Shown here: in pieces, positions 24,791 to 33,287 of the stretch
Position numbering within the stretch: position 1 is the first letter of the stretch
How the letters are laid out: each line of letters begins with the position of its first letter
Assembly: GCA_031459235.1 (NCBI GenBank)
Contig: JAVKIY010000004.1
Coordinates: 14,448 to 78,447, forward strand
Direction: 5' to 3'
Source: Candidatus Fervidifonticultor tertius
GTDB taxonomy: Bacteria; Sysuimicrobiota; Sysuimicrobiia; Sysuimicrobiales; Humicultoraceae
DNA: 64,000 nt
Translations under genes and position numbers: made by a program
The notes under the pieces: model-generated
Told to the model about the DNA's origin: nothing
Seen by the model: only the letters and a program-made list of their open reading frames with translations
Database searches by the model: none

Positions 24791-26202
24791 TCCGCCCGGA
24801 GGTGCGCGCACACTTCGTCGGGATCGGCGGTGCCGGCATGAGCGCGATCGCCGAGGTCCTGCTCCGGCGCGGGTACGCCGTCTCCGGGTGCGACGTGCGC
24901 GACGGGCCGGCGGTGGCGCGTCTGCGACGGCTCGGGGCGCCGGTGGCCCTGGGCCACAGCGCCGATCACCTGGCGGGCAGCGACCTGCTCGTGGTCTCGC
25001 GCGCGGTGGCCGACGAGACCGAGGAGATCAGGGCCGCGCGCGCGGCGGGCATGCCGGTGCGCCACCGCGCCGAGGTGCTGGCGGAGATCATGCGCGGCGG
25101 CCGCAGCATCGCCGTGGTCGGCACGCACGGCAAGACGACGACCACCGCGATGCTGGCCCGCGTGCTCGCCGCCGCCGGGCTCGATCCGACGGCGCTGATC
25201 GGGGCCTACGTACCCGAGTTCGACAGCAACGCGCTCGTCGGCGCCGGCCCCTGGATCGTGGCCGAGGTGGACGAGAGCGACGGCTCGCTCCTGCATGTCG
25301 CGCCCACCGGCGTCGTGCTGACGAGCCTGGACGTCACCGACCACCGTGACTTCTACGCGTCGGCGACGCAACTCGGCGATACGTTCGGGCGCTTCCTGCG
25401 CGCAGCCGCCTCTGACGGCTTCGTGGTAGCGTGCGCCGACGATCCCGGCGCGCGCGAGACGGCGGGCGCGTTTGGGCGCCTGGCCGTCACCTACGGTTTC
25501 GACCCGCAGGCCGCCGTGCGCGGCGAGGTGCGGGCGCTCCGGGGCCGCTGTGCGCAGGCGAGGGTCTACCTTGATGGTCGGCCGGCCGCCGAGCTGGCCC
25601 TGCAGGTGCCCGGCCGGCACAACGTCAGCAACGCGCTGGGCGCGATCGCGGCCGCGCTCCAGGTCGGCGTGCCGCTGTCCACCGCGGTGGACGCGCTCGC
25701 GGGCTTCCAGGGCGCGAGCCGCCGGTTCGAGGTCCACGGGGAAGTGGGCGGCGTGATGGTGGTGGACGACTACGCCCACAATCCCGTCAAGGTTTCGGCG
25801 GTGCTGCGCGCCGCGCGCGAGGGCTGGCCACAGCGCCGCGTCATTGCGTTGTTCCAGCCGCACCGTTTCTCGCGGACGCGCACGACCTTCGCCCAGTTCG
25901 CGCGCGCCTTCGACGCTGCCGACGAGGTGGTGATCACCGAGATCTATGCAGCCGACGAGCCGGTGCAGCCGGGCGTCAGCGCCCGGCTGATCGTGGACGC
26001 CGTGGCCGCGCACCGGCGCGTCCACTACCGGCCGACCATGGAGGAAGCCATCGCGCTGGTTGAGACCCTGGCCACGCCCGCGGCCATCGTGCTCACGCTG
26101 GGCGCTGGTGACGTCGGTCGCGCGGCCGACCTGCTGCTACGACGGTTGGGCGACCGGACCCCGGGAGCCGGCAGCGGCGCCCGGGTCGGAGGCGCGCCGT
26201 GA
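24787..26202 (+). CDS. murC: UDP-N-acetylmuramate--L-alanine ligase
   Basis: Motifs HFVGIGGAGMSAIAEVLL, GTHGKTTTTAML and DDYAHNP. GTG 24787 overlaps the murG stop. Confidence 0.95.
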   Translation: MIRPEVRAHFVGIGGAGMSAIAEVLLRRGYAVSGCDVRDGPAVARLRRLGAPVALGHSADHLAGSDLLVVSRAVADETEEIRAARAAGMPVRHRAEVLAEIMRGGRSIAVVGTHGKTTTTAMLARVLAAAGLDPTALIGAYVPEFDSNALVGAGPWIVAEVDESDGSLLHVAPTGVVLTSLDVTDHRDFYASATQLGDTFGRFLRAAASDGFVVACADDPGARETAGAFGRLAVTYGFDPQAAVRGEVRALRGRCAQARVYLDGRPAAELALQVPGRHNVSNALGAIAAALQVGVPLSTAVDALAGFQGASRRFEVHGEVGGVMVVDDYAHNPVKVSAVLRAAREGWPQRRVIALFQPHRFSRTRTTFAQFARAFDAADEVVITEIYAADEPVQPGVSARLIVDAVAAHRRVHYRPTMEEAIALVETLATPAAIVLTLGAGDVGRAADLLLRRLGDRTPGAGSGARVGGAP

Positions 26203-27119
26203 CGCCGGTGGGCGCGGCGCTGGAGGCGGTCGAGGCCCGGTTACGCGCGGTGGTCGGCGACGTCCGGCGCGACGAGCCGCTCGCGCGTCACGTGCAGTTC
26301 CGCATCGGCGGCCCGGCCGACCTCTTCGTCGTGCCGCGGACGCTCGCGGAGCTGGAGGCCGCATGCGGGGTGCTCGCGGCTGCGGGGGTGCGGCCCGTCG
26401 TCCTCGGCCAGGGGAGCAACGTGCTGGTCGGCGACCGCGGCATCCGCGGCGTGGTGGTCAAGGTCGGCAAAGGATGTGACCGGGTGGCGATCGACGGCAC
26501 CGCGGTGATTGCCGAGGCCGGCGCCGGCCTGCCGGCGCTGGCGCTCCAGACCGCCCGGCGCGGCCTGGCCGGGCTGGAGTTCGGGGCCGGCATCCCAGGG
26601 TCCGTGGGCGGCGCGGTCGTGATGAACGCTGGCGCCCACGGCCACGCCATGGACGAGGTCACCGAGTGGGTCGAGGTGTTGACGCCCTCGGGCCTCCGGC
26701 GGCTCACGCGCGAGGCGCTCGGGTTCGCGTACCGCACCTCCCTGTTGCAGGAGGAGCCCTGGGTGGTCGCGCGCGCCGGCCTGCGGCTCCGCGTCGAGCC
26801 CGCCGCGCAGGTCCAGGCACGCCTGGAGGCCTGGCTGGCGCAGCGCGGGGTCACCCAGCCGCTCGGGCCGCCGAGCTCGGGCTGTGTCTTCCGCAACCCG
26901 CCGGGCGACCACGCGGGTCGCCTGATCGACGCCGTCGGGGGCAAGGGCCTGGCGGTCGGCGGTGCGCGCGTCTCGGAGCTCCACGCGAACTATATCCTGA
27001 ATACCGGGACCGCGACCGCGGCCGAGGTGCTCGCGCTCGCCGATCTGGTGCGGGCGCGTGTGCGCGAGCGCGCCGGCATCGCGCTGGAGATGGAGGTGAA
27101 GCTGCTCGGCGAGTTCTAG
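26199..27119 (+). CDS. murB: UDP-N-acetylenolpyruvoylglucosamine reductase
   Basis: FAD-binding N-terminus (FRIGGPADLFV, GQGSNVLV), SGCVFRNP and NYILNTG. GTG 26199 overlaps the murC stop. Confidence 0.95.
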   Translation: MTPVGAALEAVEARLRAVVGDVRRDEPLARHVQFRIGGPADLFVVPRTLAELEAACGVLAAAGVRPVVLGQGSNVLVGDRGIRGVVVKVGKGCDRVAIDGTAVIAEAGAGLPALALQTARRGLAGLEFGAGIPGSVGGAVVMNAGAHGHAMDEVTEWVEVLTPSGLRRLTREALGFAYRTSLLQEEPWVVARAGLRLRVEPAAQVQARLEAWLAQRGVTQPLGPPSSGCVFRNPPGDHAGRLIDAVGGKGLAVGGARVSELHANYILNTGTATAAEVLALADLVRARVRERAGIALEMEVKLLGEF

Positions 27120-27135
27120 CCGCCCGGCGACCATC

Positions 27136-27906
27136 GTGCCTGCATCGGACCCGTCGCGCCGCCACGCTTCCCCACCCCGGACGCTGCACCGGTTCGCCGT
27201 CGTCATGGCCGCGCTGCTCGCGCTTGCCGCGCTCCCGCAGTCTGCGCTGTTCGTCGTGGACCGGGTGGAGGTCACGGGCATATCGTCCGTGCCCGCCGAC
27301 CAGGTGCTGGCGCTCGCCGCGCTCCGCCGCGGGGAGCGGCTCTTCGCGGTGGACGCGGAGGCGGTCGCGCGGCGGCTTCGGGCCGATCCGCGCATTCGCG
27401 CCGCCGAGGTCCGGGTGCGGCCGCCCCGGACGGTCGGCATCGCCATCGTGGAACGGCGTCCCGTCATCGCGCTCGCCGCCTCCGGCGCCTACGCGCTCGT
27501 GGCCGAGGACCTGATCGTCGTCGAGGTGCGCCCCGACCCGGGCGCACTGCCCGCCGTCGTCGACCGCACAGGCCGCGGTCGGCCGGTGGTCCCGGGCGCC
27601 CCGGCTTCCAGCGCCGCGGTGCGCGCGGCGCTGGACGCGCTGCCGTTGATCCCACCGGAGCTTCGCGACGCACTGGGGACGATCGTGGTGGCGCCCGGCG
27701 GCGGCCTCACGCTGGTGCTGCGCTCGGGGCTCCGGATCCGTGCCGGCGGCCAGGCCGGCCTGACGGAACGGCTGGCCCGGGTGCCTCAGGTGCTGGCCGT
27801 ACTCCGCGCCCGCGGCGTGGTTGCGGCAGCTGTCGACCTGCGCTACGCGGGCTCGATCGCGGTGCAGCTCGATGCAGGGAGGAGAAGCCAGGGGGGCGTG
27901 GAATAG
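27136..27906 (+). CDS. ftsQ: cell division protein FtsQ/DivIB (POTRA domain)
   Basis: A TM segment (FAVVMAALLALAAL) followed by POTRA-like V.RVEVTGISSVPADQVLA...GERLF.VD.EAVARRL..DPRI..AEVRVRPP.TV.I.I.ERRPV. Its position is before ftsA. Confidence 0.8.
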   Translation: MPASDPSRRHASPPRTLHRFAVVMAALLALAALPQSALFVVDRVEVTGISSVPADQVLALAALRRGERLFAVDAEAVARRLRADPRIRAAEVRVRPPRTVGIAIVERRPVIALAASGAYALVAEDLIVVEVRPDPGALPAVVDRTGRGRPVVPGAPASSAAVRAALDALPLIPPELRDALGTIVVAPGGGLTLVLRSGLRIRAGGQAGLTERLARVPQVLAVLRARGVVAAAVDLRYAGSIAVQLDAGRRSQGGVE

Positions 27907-27950
27907 CGCGACCAGATATTGGGGCGCAGCCACCCGTCGGCTACAACAGG

Positions 27951-29195
27951 TTGAGGATGACGCGTCGAGGCACGGTCACGGGCCTGGACATCGGCACGAC
28001 CAAGGTCTGTGCCATCGTCGGCGAAGTGGACGAGGACGGCGACGTCCACATCATCGGGGCCGGCACCGCGCCATCGAGCGGGCTGCGGCGCGGTGTGGTC
28101 GTCGACCTGGACTCCACCGCGAAGGCGATCGAGCAGGCCGTCGACCACGCCGAGCGCATGGCCGGGGTCAGCGTGGGCGCGGCCTACGTCGCGGTCTCCG
28201 GCGAGCACATCGCGTCCGCCGACAGCCGCGGGGTCGTCGCCGTGGCGCGCGGGGACCATGAGATCGCCGACGCTGATGTCGCGCGCGTCATCGACGCCGC
28301 CCGCATGGCCGCGCTGCCGGCCTCCGACCGCGAGATCATCCACCTGCTGCCGCGTGACTTCGTCGTCGACGGCCAGGACGGCGTGAAGCGGCCCGTCGGG
28401 ATGTACGGCACCCGGCTCGAGGTGGAGGCGCACATCGTCACGGGTGTGGCCACGCAGCTCGCGAACGTGGCGAAGGCGGTGCAGCAGGCCGGGCTCGACG
28501 TCGAGGAGATGGTGCTCGAGCCGCTCGCCTCGGCCGAGGCCGTGCTGACGCCGGCCGAGCGCGACCTGGGCGCGGTGGTGGCCGACATGGGCGGCGGGAC
28601 GACGAGCATCGGGGTCTTCGCGAACGGCGGGCTCTGCCACGTCGCGATCCTCCCCGTCGCGGGCGGGCACCTGACGAACGACATCGCGGTCGGGATGCGC
28701 ACACCGATGAGCGAGGCCGAGAAGCTCAAGGTGCGCTGGGGCGCGGCCTCGCCGTCCGCGATCTCCGAGGGCGAGATGATCGAGGTGTTCAACGTTGGCG
28801 GACGCGCGCCGCGCGTGCTGCCGCGGCGCGTGCTCGCCGAGTTCATCGAGCCGCGGCTGGACGAGATGTTCTCGCTGGTGGCTGCGCAACTCCGCCGCAG
28901 CGGCTATCAGCATCGCGTGCCGGCCGGGATCGTGCTGACCGGCGGCGCGTCGCTGCTCGACGGCTTGGTGGAGTACGCCGAGGCGCGGCTGGGCCTGCCC
29001 GCGCGGCTCGGGTCGCCCGAGCACCTGGCCGGGCTGGTCGAGGCGGTTCGCACGCCGGCCTACAGCACCGGCGTGGGGCTGGTGCTCTACGGGGCGCGGA
29101 CGCACGGCCGGGCCGGCGCCGCGCACCGCAACGGGAAGGCGTCGCTGTGGGACCGGACACGGGCATGGGTTCGCGATCTGCTGCAAGGCGCGTAG
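27951..29195 (+). CDS. ftsA: cell division protein FtsA
   Basis: Actin-like ATPase motifs [29 protein letters not shown] and [11 protein letters not shown]. The start is either TTG 27951 or ATG 27957. Confidence 0.95.
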   Translation: MRMTRRGTVTGLDIGTTKVCAIVGEVDEDGDVHIIGAGTAPSSGLRRGVVVDLDSTAKAIEQAVDHAERMAGVSVGAAYVAVSGEHIASADSRGVVAVARGDHEIADADVARVIDAARMAALPASDREIIHLLPRDFVVDGQDGVKRPVGMYGTRLEVEAHIVTGVATQLANVAKAVQQAGLDVEEMVLEPLASAEAVLTPAERDLGAVVADMGGGTTSIGVFANGGLCHVAILPVAGGHLTNDIAVGMRTPMSEAEKLKVRWGAASPSAISEGEMIEVFNVGGRAPRVLPRRVLAEFIEPRLDEMFSLVAAQLRRSGYQHRVPAGIVLTGGASLLDGLVEYAEARLGLPARLGSPEHLAGLVEAVRTPAYSTGVGLVLYGARTHGRAGAAHRNGKASLWDRTRAWVRDLLQGA

Positions 29196-29221
29196 ACGGG
29201 TCAGTTGGAGGGGGAGCCGCG

Positions 29222-30277
29222 ATGCCGAACACGGAGCGAGACCTGCGACGGTACGCCGCCATCAAGGTGGTGGGCGTCGGCGGGGGCGGCAGCAACGCCG
29301 TGAACCGCATGATCTCCGCCGGGCTGCGAGGGGTCGAGTACATCGCCGTCAACACCGACGCGCAGGCGCTCGCCCTCTCGTCCGCGGACAAGAAGATCCA
29401 CATCGGCGCGAAGGTCACCAAGGGGCTCGGCGCCGGCGGCGACCCGGCGGTCGGCCGGCAGGCAGCCGAGGAGAGCCGGGACGAGCTGGCGGACGCGGTG
29501 GCCGGCGCCGACATGGTCTTCATCACCGCCGGCATGGGCGGTGGCACGGGCACTGGCGGCGCGCCGGTCATCGCCGAGCTCGCGCGCGATCACGGTGCGC
29601 TGACCATCGGCGTGGTGACCCGGCCGTTCTCGTTCGAGGGTAAGCGGCGCGCGCAGTCGGCCGAGGATGGCGTGCGCACGCTCAAGCAGAAGGTCAACAC
29701 CCTCATCACGATCCCCAACGACCGGCTGCTGCAGATCATCGACCGGCAGGCCACGGTGATCGAGGCGTTCCGGACCGCCGACGACGTTCTTCGGCAGGGC
29801 GTGCAGGGCGTCTCCGACCTGATCACCATCCCCGGGTTGATCAACCTGGACTTCGCGGACGTGCGCACCATCATGGCTGAGGCCGGCTCCGCGCTCATCG
29901 GCATCGGGGTGGCCTCGGGCGAGGAGCGCGCGACGCGTGCCGCCCAGGCGGCCATCAACAGCCCGCTCCTGGAGACGTCGATGCAGGGCGCCCGGGGGGT
30001 GCTCATCAACGTCACCGGCGGCACCGACCTCGGCCTGCTCGAGGTGAGCGAGGCGGCCCAGATCGTGCGTGAGGCCGCCGACGCCGAGGCCAACATTATC
30101 TTTGGAGCGGTGATCGACGAGAAGACGCGCGACGAGATCCGCATCACGGTGATCGCCACGGGCTTCGACGTCGCGCGCCGGCCGGAGGAGGCCATGGTGG
30201 CCAGCGACGACCGCGTCCGGGAGCCGGTGAAGCTCATCGACGATCTCGACATCCCCGCGTTCCTGCGGAGGCGCTAG
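29222..30277 (+). CDS. ftsZ: cell division GTPase FtsZ
   Basis: Motifs [32 protein letters not shown] and [19 protein letters not shown] precedes ATG 29222. Confidence 0.97.
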   Translation: MPNTERDLRRYAAIKVVGVGGGGSNAVNRMISAGLRGVEYIAVNTDAQALALSSADKKIHIGAKVTKGLGAGGDPAVGRQAAEESRDELADAVAGADMVFITAGMGGGTGTGGAPVIAELARDHGALTIGVVTRPFSFEGKRRAQSAEDGVRTLKQKVNTLITIPNDRLLQIIDRQATVIEAFRTADDVLRQGVQGVSDLITIPGLINLDFADVRTIMAEAGSALIGIGVASGEERATRAAQAAINSPLLETSMQGARGVLINVTGGTDLGLLEVSEAAQIVREAADAEANIIFGAVIDEKTRDEIRITVIATGFDVARRPEEAMVASDDRVREPVKLIDDLDIPAFLRRR

Positions 30278-30289
30278 AATCTAGGTACT

Positions 30290-31390
30290 GTGACCACCAG
30301 GTGGGACGACGCGGGGTCGGGCGGCCCGCCCGACCCCGCGGTGCTGCTGGAGCGCGCCATCGAGATCGTCATGCGGGTGTTCCCCGGGGCGGTGCCCGCA
30401 GGCGGGGACGGGCCCCACCCGGTCCTGGCGCTGCCGTCGGCCGAGGGGGCCCGCGACCGGTTCCTCGAGGTCCACCACCGGGTCGCGCCCCTGGGCTGGC
30501 TGCCGATGCTGCGTGCGCAGGCGGGCCGACCCGTGCTGATCCTGGTCCCGAAGCCGCCGCCGGGCCGCTGGGCGTGGCAGACGAACCTGCTGCTCGTCCT
30601 CGCCACGATGGCGGCGACCTTCTACGCGGGGTACGAGCAGTCGCGGAGCCTGGTCGCGCTCGGTTTCCTGGACAGCGCGGTCGCCGGTGGCATCGCGTAC
30701 TCCGCCTCGGTGCTCCTGATCCTGGGCGCGCACGAAATGGGCCACAAGCTGGTGGCCCTCCGCCGCGGCATCGACGCGAGCCTGCCGTACTTCCTGCCCA
30801 TGATCCCGCCGTTTGGGACGATGGGCGCGGTCATCGTTACCCGGACGCCGGCGCCCAATCGCGACAGCCTGATGGACCTGGGCGCCTCGGGTCCGATCGC
30901 CGGGTTCATCGCCGCGCTGCCGGTGCTGGTCTACGGTGTCACCCACTCGTTCCTCATCGACGCCTCGCGGGCCGCGGAGTTCAACGCGATCCCCGATCCC
31001 CTGCTCATCCGGGGCCTCATCCGCCTGCTGCTCGACCCTCCGCCGACCATGGCCGTCCTGGGCCACCCGGCGCTGTTCGCGGGCTGGCTCGGCCTGGTCG
31101 TGACCAGCATCAACCTGCTCCCGGCGAGCATGCTCGACGGCGGGCACGCCGTGCGCGCGGCGCTCGGGCCGAAGGCGCACGCGCTCCTGTCGTATCTGGG
31201 CGTGGGCCTGGCCGCGGCCATGGGATTCTACCCCATGGCCATCCTGATCGCCCTTATGCTCCGGCGGGGACACCCCGGCCCGCTGGACGACCTTTCGCCG
31301 CTGAGCCCGTCGCGCCGCGTGGTCGCAGTCGCCCTGATCGCCGTGTTCGCGGCCAGCGCCGTGGTGCTCCAGCCGCTGTTCGGGTTCTAG
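30290..31390 (+). CDS. M50 family (site-2 protease-type) membrane metalloprotease
   Basis: HExxH (GAHEMGHKLVALRRG) within a TM segment, a downstream NLLPASMLDGGH motif and multiple TM segments. Confidence 0.8.
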   Translation: MTTRWDDAGSGGPPDPAVLLERAIEIVMRVFPGAVPAGGDGPHPVLALPSAEGARDRFLEVHHRVAPLGWLPMLRAQAGRPVLILVPKPPPGRWAWQTNLLLVLATMAATFYAGYEQSRSLVALGFLDSAVAGGIAYSASVLLILGAHEMGHKLVALRRGIDASLPYFLPMIPPFGTMGAVIVTRTPAPNRDSLMDLGASGPIAGFIAALPVLVYGVTHSFLIDASRAAEFNAIPDPLLIRGLIRLLLDPPPTMAVLGHPALFAGWLGLVVTSINLLPASMLDGGHAVRAALGPKAHALLSYLGVGLAAAMGFYPMAILIALMLRRGHPGPLDDLSPLSPSRRVVAVALIAVFAASAVVLQPLFGF

Positions 31391-31398
31391 GCGCCGCC

Positions 31399-32604
31399 GT
31401 GCCGACCGGTCCGTCCGCCGCGGCGTCCCGGCGCTGGGCCTGGGCGCGCGCGGCGCGCGCGGTGGCGGCCAAGGAGCTACTGGAGGCGCGGCGCGACCGG
31501 CGTACTCTGGTCGCGGCGGTGCTGCTGCCCGCGGTCACGATGCCCCTGGTTGTCCTGGCGATGCCGCTGCTGCTCCAGCGCCAGCAGCAGGCGGTGCGCG
31601 ACCGGCCGGCACGGGTCGCGGCGGTGGGGCCAGGCGCTCAGGCGCTAGCTGCGGCCGGCCAGGCCGCCGGCCGGCTCCGCCTGGTGGACGCCGCTGACGC
31701 CCGCCAGGCGCTCCTGGTGGGCCTCGTGGATGCCGTGGTCGAGGATACCGGCGAGGCGACCGGCCGATCCAGACGACTGGCCCTGCTGTTCGACGGGAGC
31801 CGGCCGGCCTCGGCGGCGGCCGTGGAGAAGGTTCTGGCGGTCACGGCGAGGATCGCCCAGCACGAGCTGGAGGACGCGCTTCGGGCCAGGGGGACGACGG
31901 TGACCGAGGTCCTCTCCATTTCCATGGACGCGCGGGACATTGCGTCGCCGGAACGCATGGGCGGTGCGCTGCTCGCCACGGTCCTGCCGTTCTTCGTAGC
32001 GGTCTGGGCGCTGCTGGGCGGCCAGTACGCCGCGCTTGACGTGGGCGTCGGTGAGCGCGAGCGGGGCAGCCTGGAGGCCCTGCTGGTCACCCCCCCGGCC
32101 AGGACCGCCCTGGTCGCCGGCAAGTTCCTCGCGGTCCTCGGCCCTGCGCTGCTGGCCCTCGGGGTGATGCTGACGGCCGCGACGGTCTCGCTGGCCGCTG
32201 GCGGTCGCTGGTTGCCGACCGGACCCGTCAGGATCGCCCTGGGCCCGGGGCAGATTGCGCAGATCGGGACCGTTGGGCTGGCCCTGGCCGCCCTGCTGTC
32301 GGCCGGCCAGCTCGCCGTGAGCCTGGTCGCGCGCACCTTGCGTGAGGCCCAGCAGGCGTTCGCGGGGCTCTACCTGGCCGTGGCGATCCCGTCTATGGCC
32401 GCCGCCATGGTCGATGAAGGGCTCCCGGGTCAGCTCGGCGCGGTCATCCCGGTGTTCAACGCCGCCGTGGCTTTCCGTCACATTCTGCTCGGGACACCCC
32501 AGCCGGTCTGGTTTGCGGCGACCGCCGGTTCCCTGCTCGCGCTGGCTGGGCTGGTTCTGCTCTGGGGCACGACCGCCCTACAGACCGACGCGCCGAATCG
32601 CTGA
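31399..32604 (+). CDS. ABC-2 type transporter permease (NatB-like); no cognate ATPase gene adjacent
   Basis: The N-terminus AKELLEARRDRRTLVAAVLLP.V.MPL, a large extracytoplasmic loop, then about 5 C-terminal TM segments (ABC-2 architecture). GTG 31399 is chosen after the M50 stop; the upstream part of track ORF 30301..32604 is out-of-frame M50 sequence. Confidence 0.7.
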   Translation: MPTGPSAAASRRWAWARAARAVAAKELLEARRDRRTLVAAVLLPAVTMPLVVLAMPLLLQRQQQAVRDRPARVAAVGPGAQALAAAGQAAGRLRLVDAADARQALLVGLVDAVVEDTGEATGRSRRLALLFDGSRPASAAAVEKVLAVTARIAQHELEDALRARGTTVTEVLSISMDARDIASPERMGGALLATVLPFFVAVWALLGGQYAALDVGVGERERGSLEALLVTPPARTALVAGKFLAVLGPALLALGVMLTAATVSLAAGGRWLPTGPVRIALGPGQIAQIGTVGLALAALLSAGQLAVSLVARTLREAQQAFAGLYLAVAIPSMAAAMVDEGLPGQLGAVIPVFNAAVAFRHILLGTPQPVWFAATAGSLLALAGLVLLWGTTALQTDAPNR

Positions 32605-32674
32605 TCCGGGGGCGCGTGGGCGAGAAAACCGGCGCGTGGCGGCCGGCCCGGGCCGCCAGGGCCGCACGCCGGCG

Positions 32675-32703
32675 TTGACACCCAAGATATGGGGGCATAG
32701 AAT
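32675..32703 (+). promoter_or_regulatory. near-consensus sigma-70-type promoter of nrdR-nrdJ
   Basis: TTGACA (32675-32680), a 17-nt spacer, then TAGAAT (32698-32703), 30 nt upstream of the nrdR ATG. The spacer contains the partial palindrome CCCAagataTGGG. Confidence 0.55.
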
Positions 32704-32733
32704 CGACGGTGCCTCTAGCGGTGGGGCCACCTG

Positions 32734-33255
32734 ATGCGATGCCCCGTGTGCGGCCACGAAGAGAGCAAGGTCCTGGACTCCCGCCCCGTGCTCGAGGGCC
32801 GGGCGATCCGGAGGCGCCGCGAGTGTCTGAAGTGTGAGCGCCGGTTCACCACCTACGAGCGCGCGGACCTGGCCCCGCTGCTGGTGGCCAAGCGCGATGG
32901 GCGCCGCGAGCCGTTCGACCGCGCGAAGGTGATGGGCGGGGTGAGCCGGGCTTGCGGGAAGCGGCCGATCTCGGTCGAGGCGATGGACGCTCTGGTCGAC
33001 GACGTCGAGCGGGCGCTGCGGCAGCTCGGGGTCTCTGAGGTGGCCTCGGCCACGATCGGCGAGCTGGTGATGGAGCGGCTCCGCCGTCTCGACGACGTCG
33101 CCTACGTGCGGTTCGCCTCGGAGCACCGCCGCTTCCGCGACATCGACTCCATCGCGGAAGAGATCGAAACCCTCAAGGAACGCAAGCGCCGCGAGGACGC
33201 GGCCCGCGATCAGGTCCCCCTGATCTCGCTGCCCGACGCGCAACGCAGTCGCTGA
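32734..33255 (+). CDS. nrdR: transcriptional repressor NrdR
   Basis: MRCPVCGHEESKVLDSRP....IRRRRECLKCERRFTTYE zinc ribbon followed by an ATP-cone domain. Confidence 0.95.
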   Translation: MRCPVCGHEESKVLDSRPVLEGRAIRRRRECLKCERRFTTYERADLAPLLVAKRDGRREPFDRAKVMGGVSRACGKRPISVEAMDALVDDVERALRQLGVSEVASATIGELVMERLRRLDDVAYVRFASEHRRFRDIDSIAEEIETLKERKRREDAARDQVPLISLPDAQRSR

Positions 33256-33287
33256 CGCACCGCAGATCACACCGCTGGAGGTGGCTC

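Noticed and set aside
33256-33287. Looked for a cobalamin riboswitch upstream of the B12-dependent nrdJ
   Set aside because: The nrdR-nrdJ gap is only 32 nt and contains just the RBS. The 129-nt region upstream of nrdR has no B12-box-like sequence that I could see.
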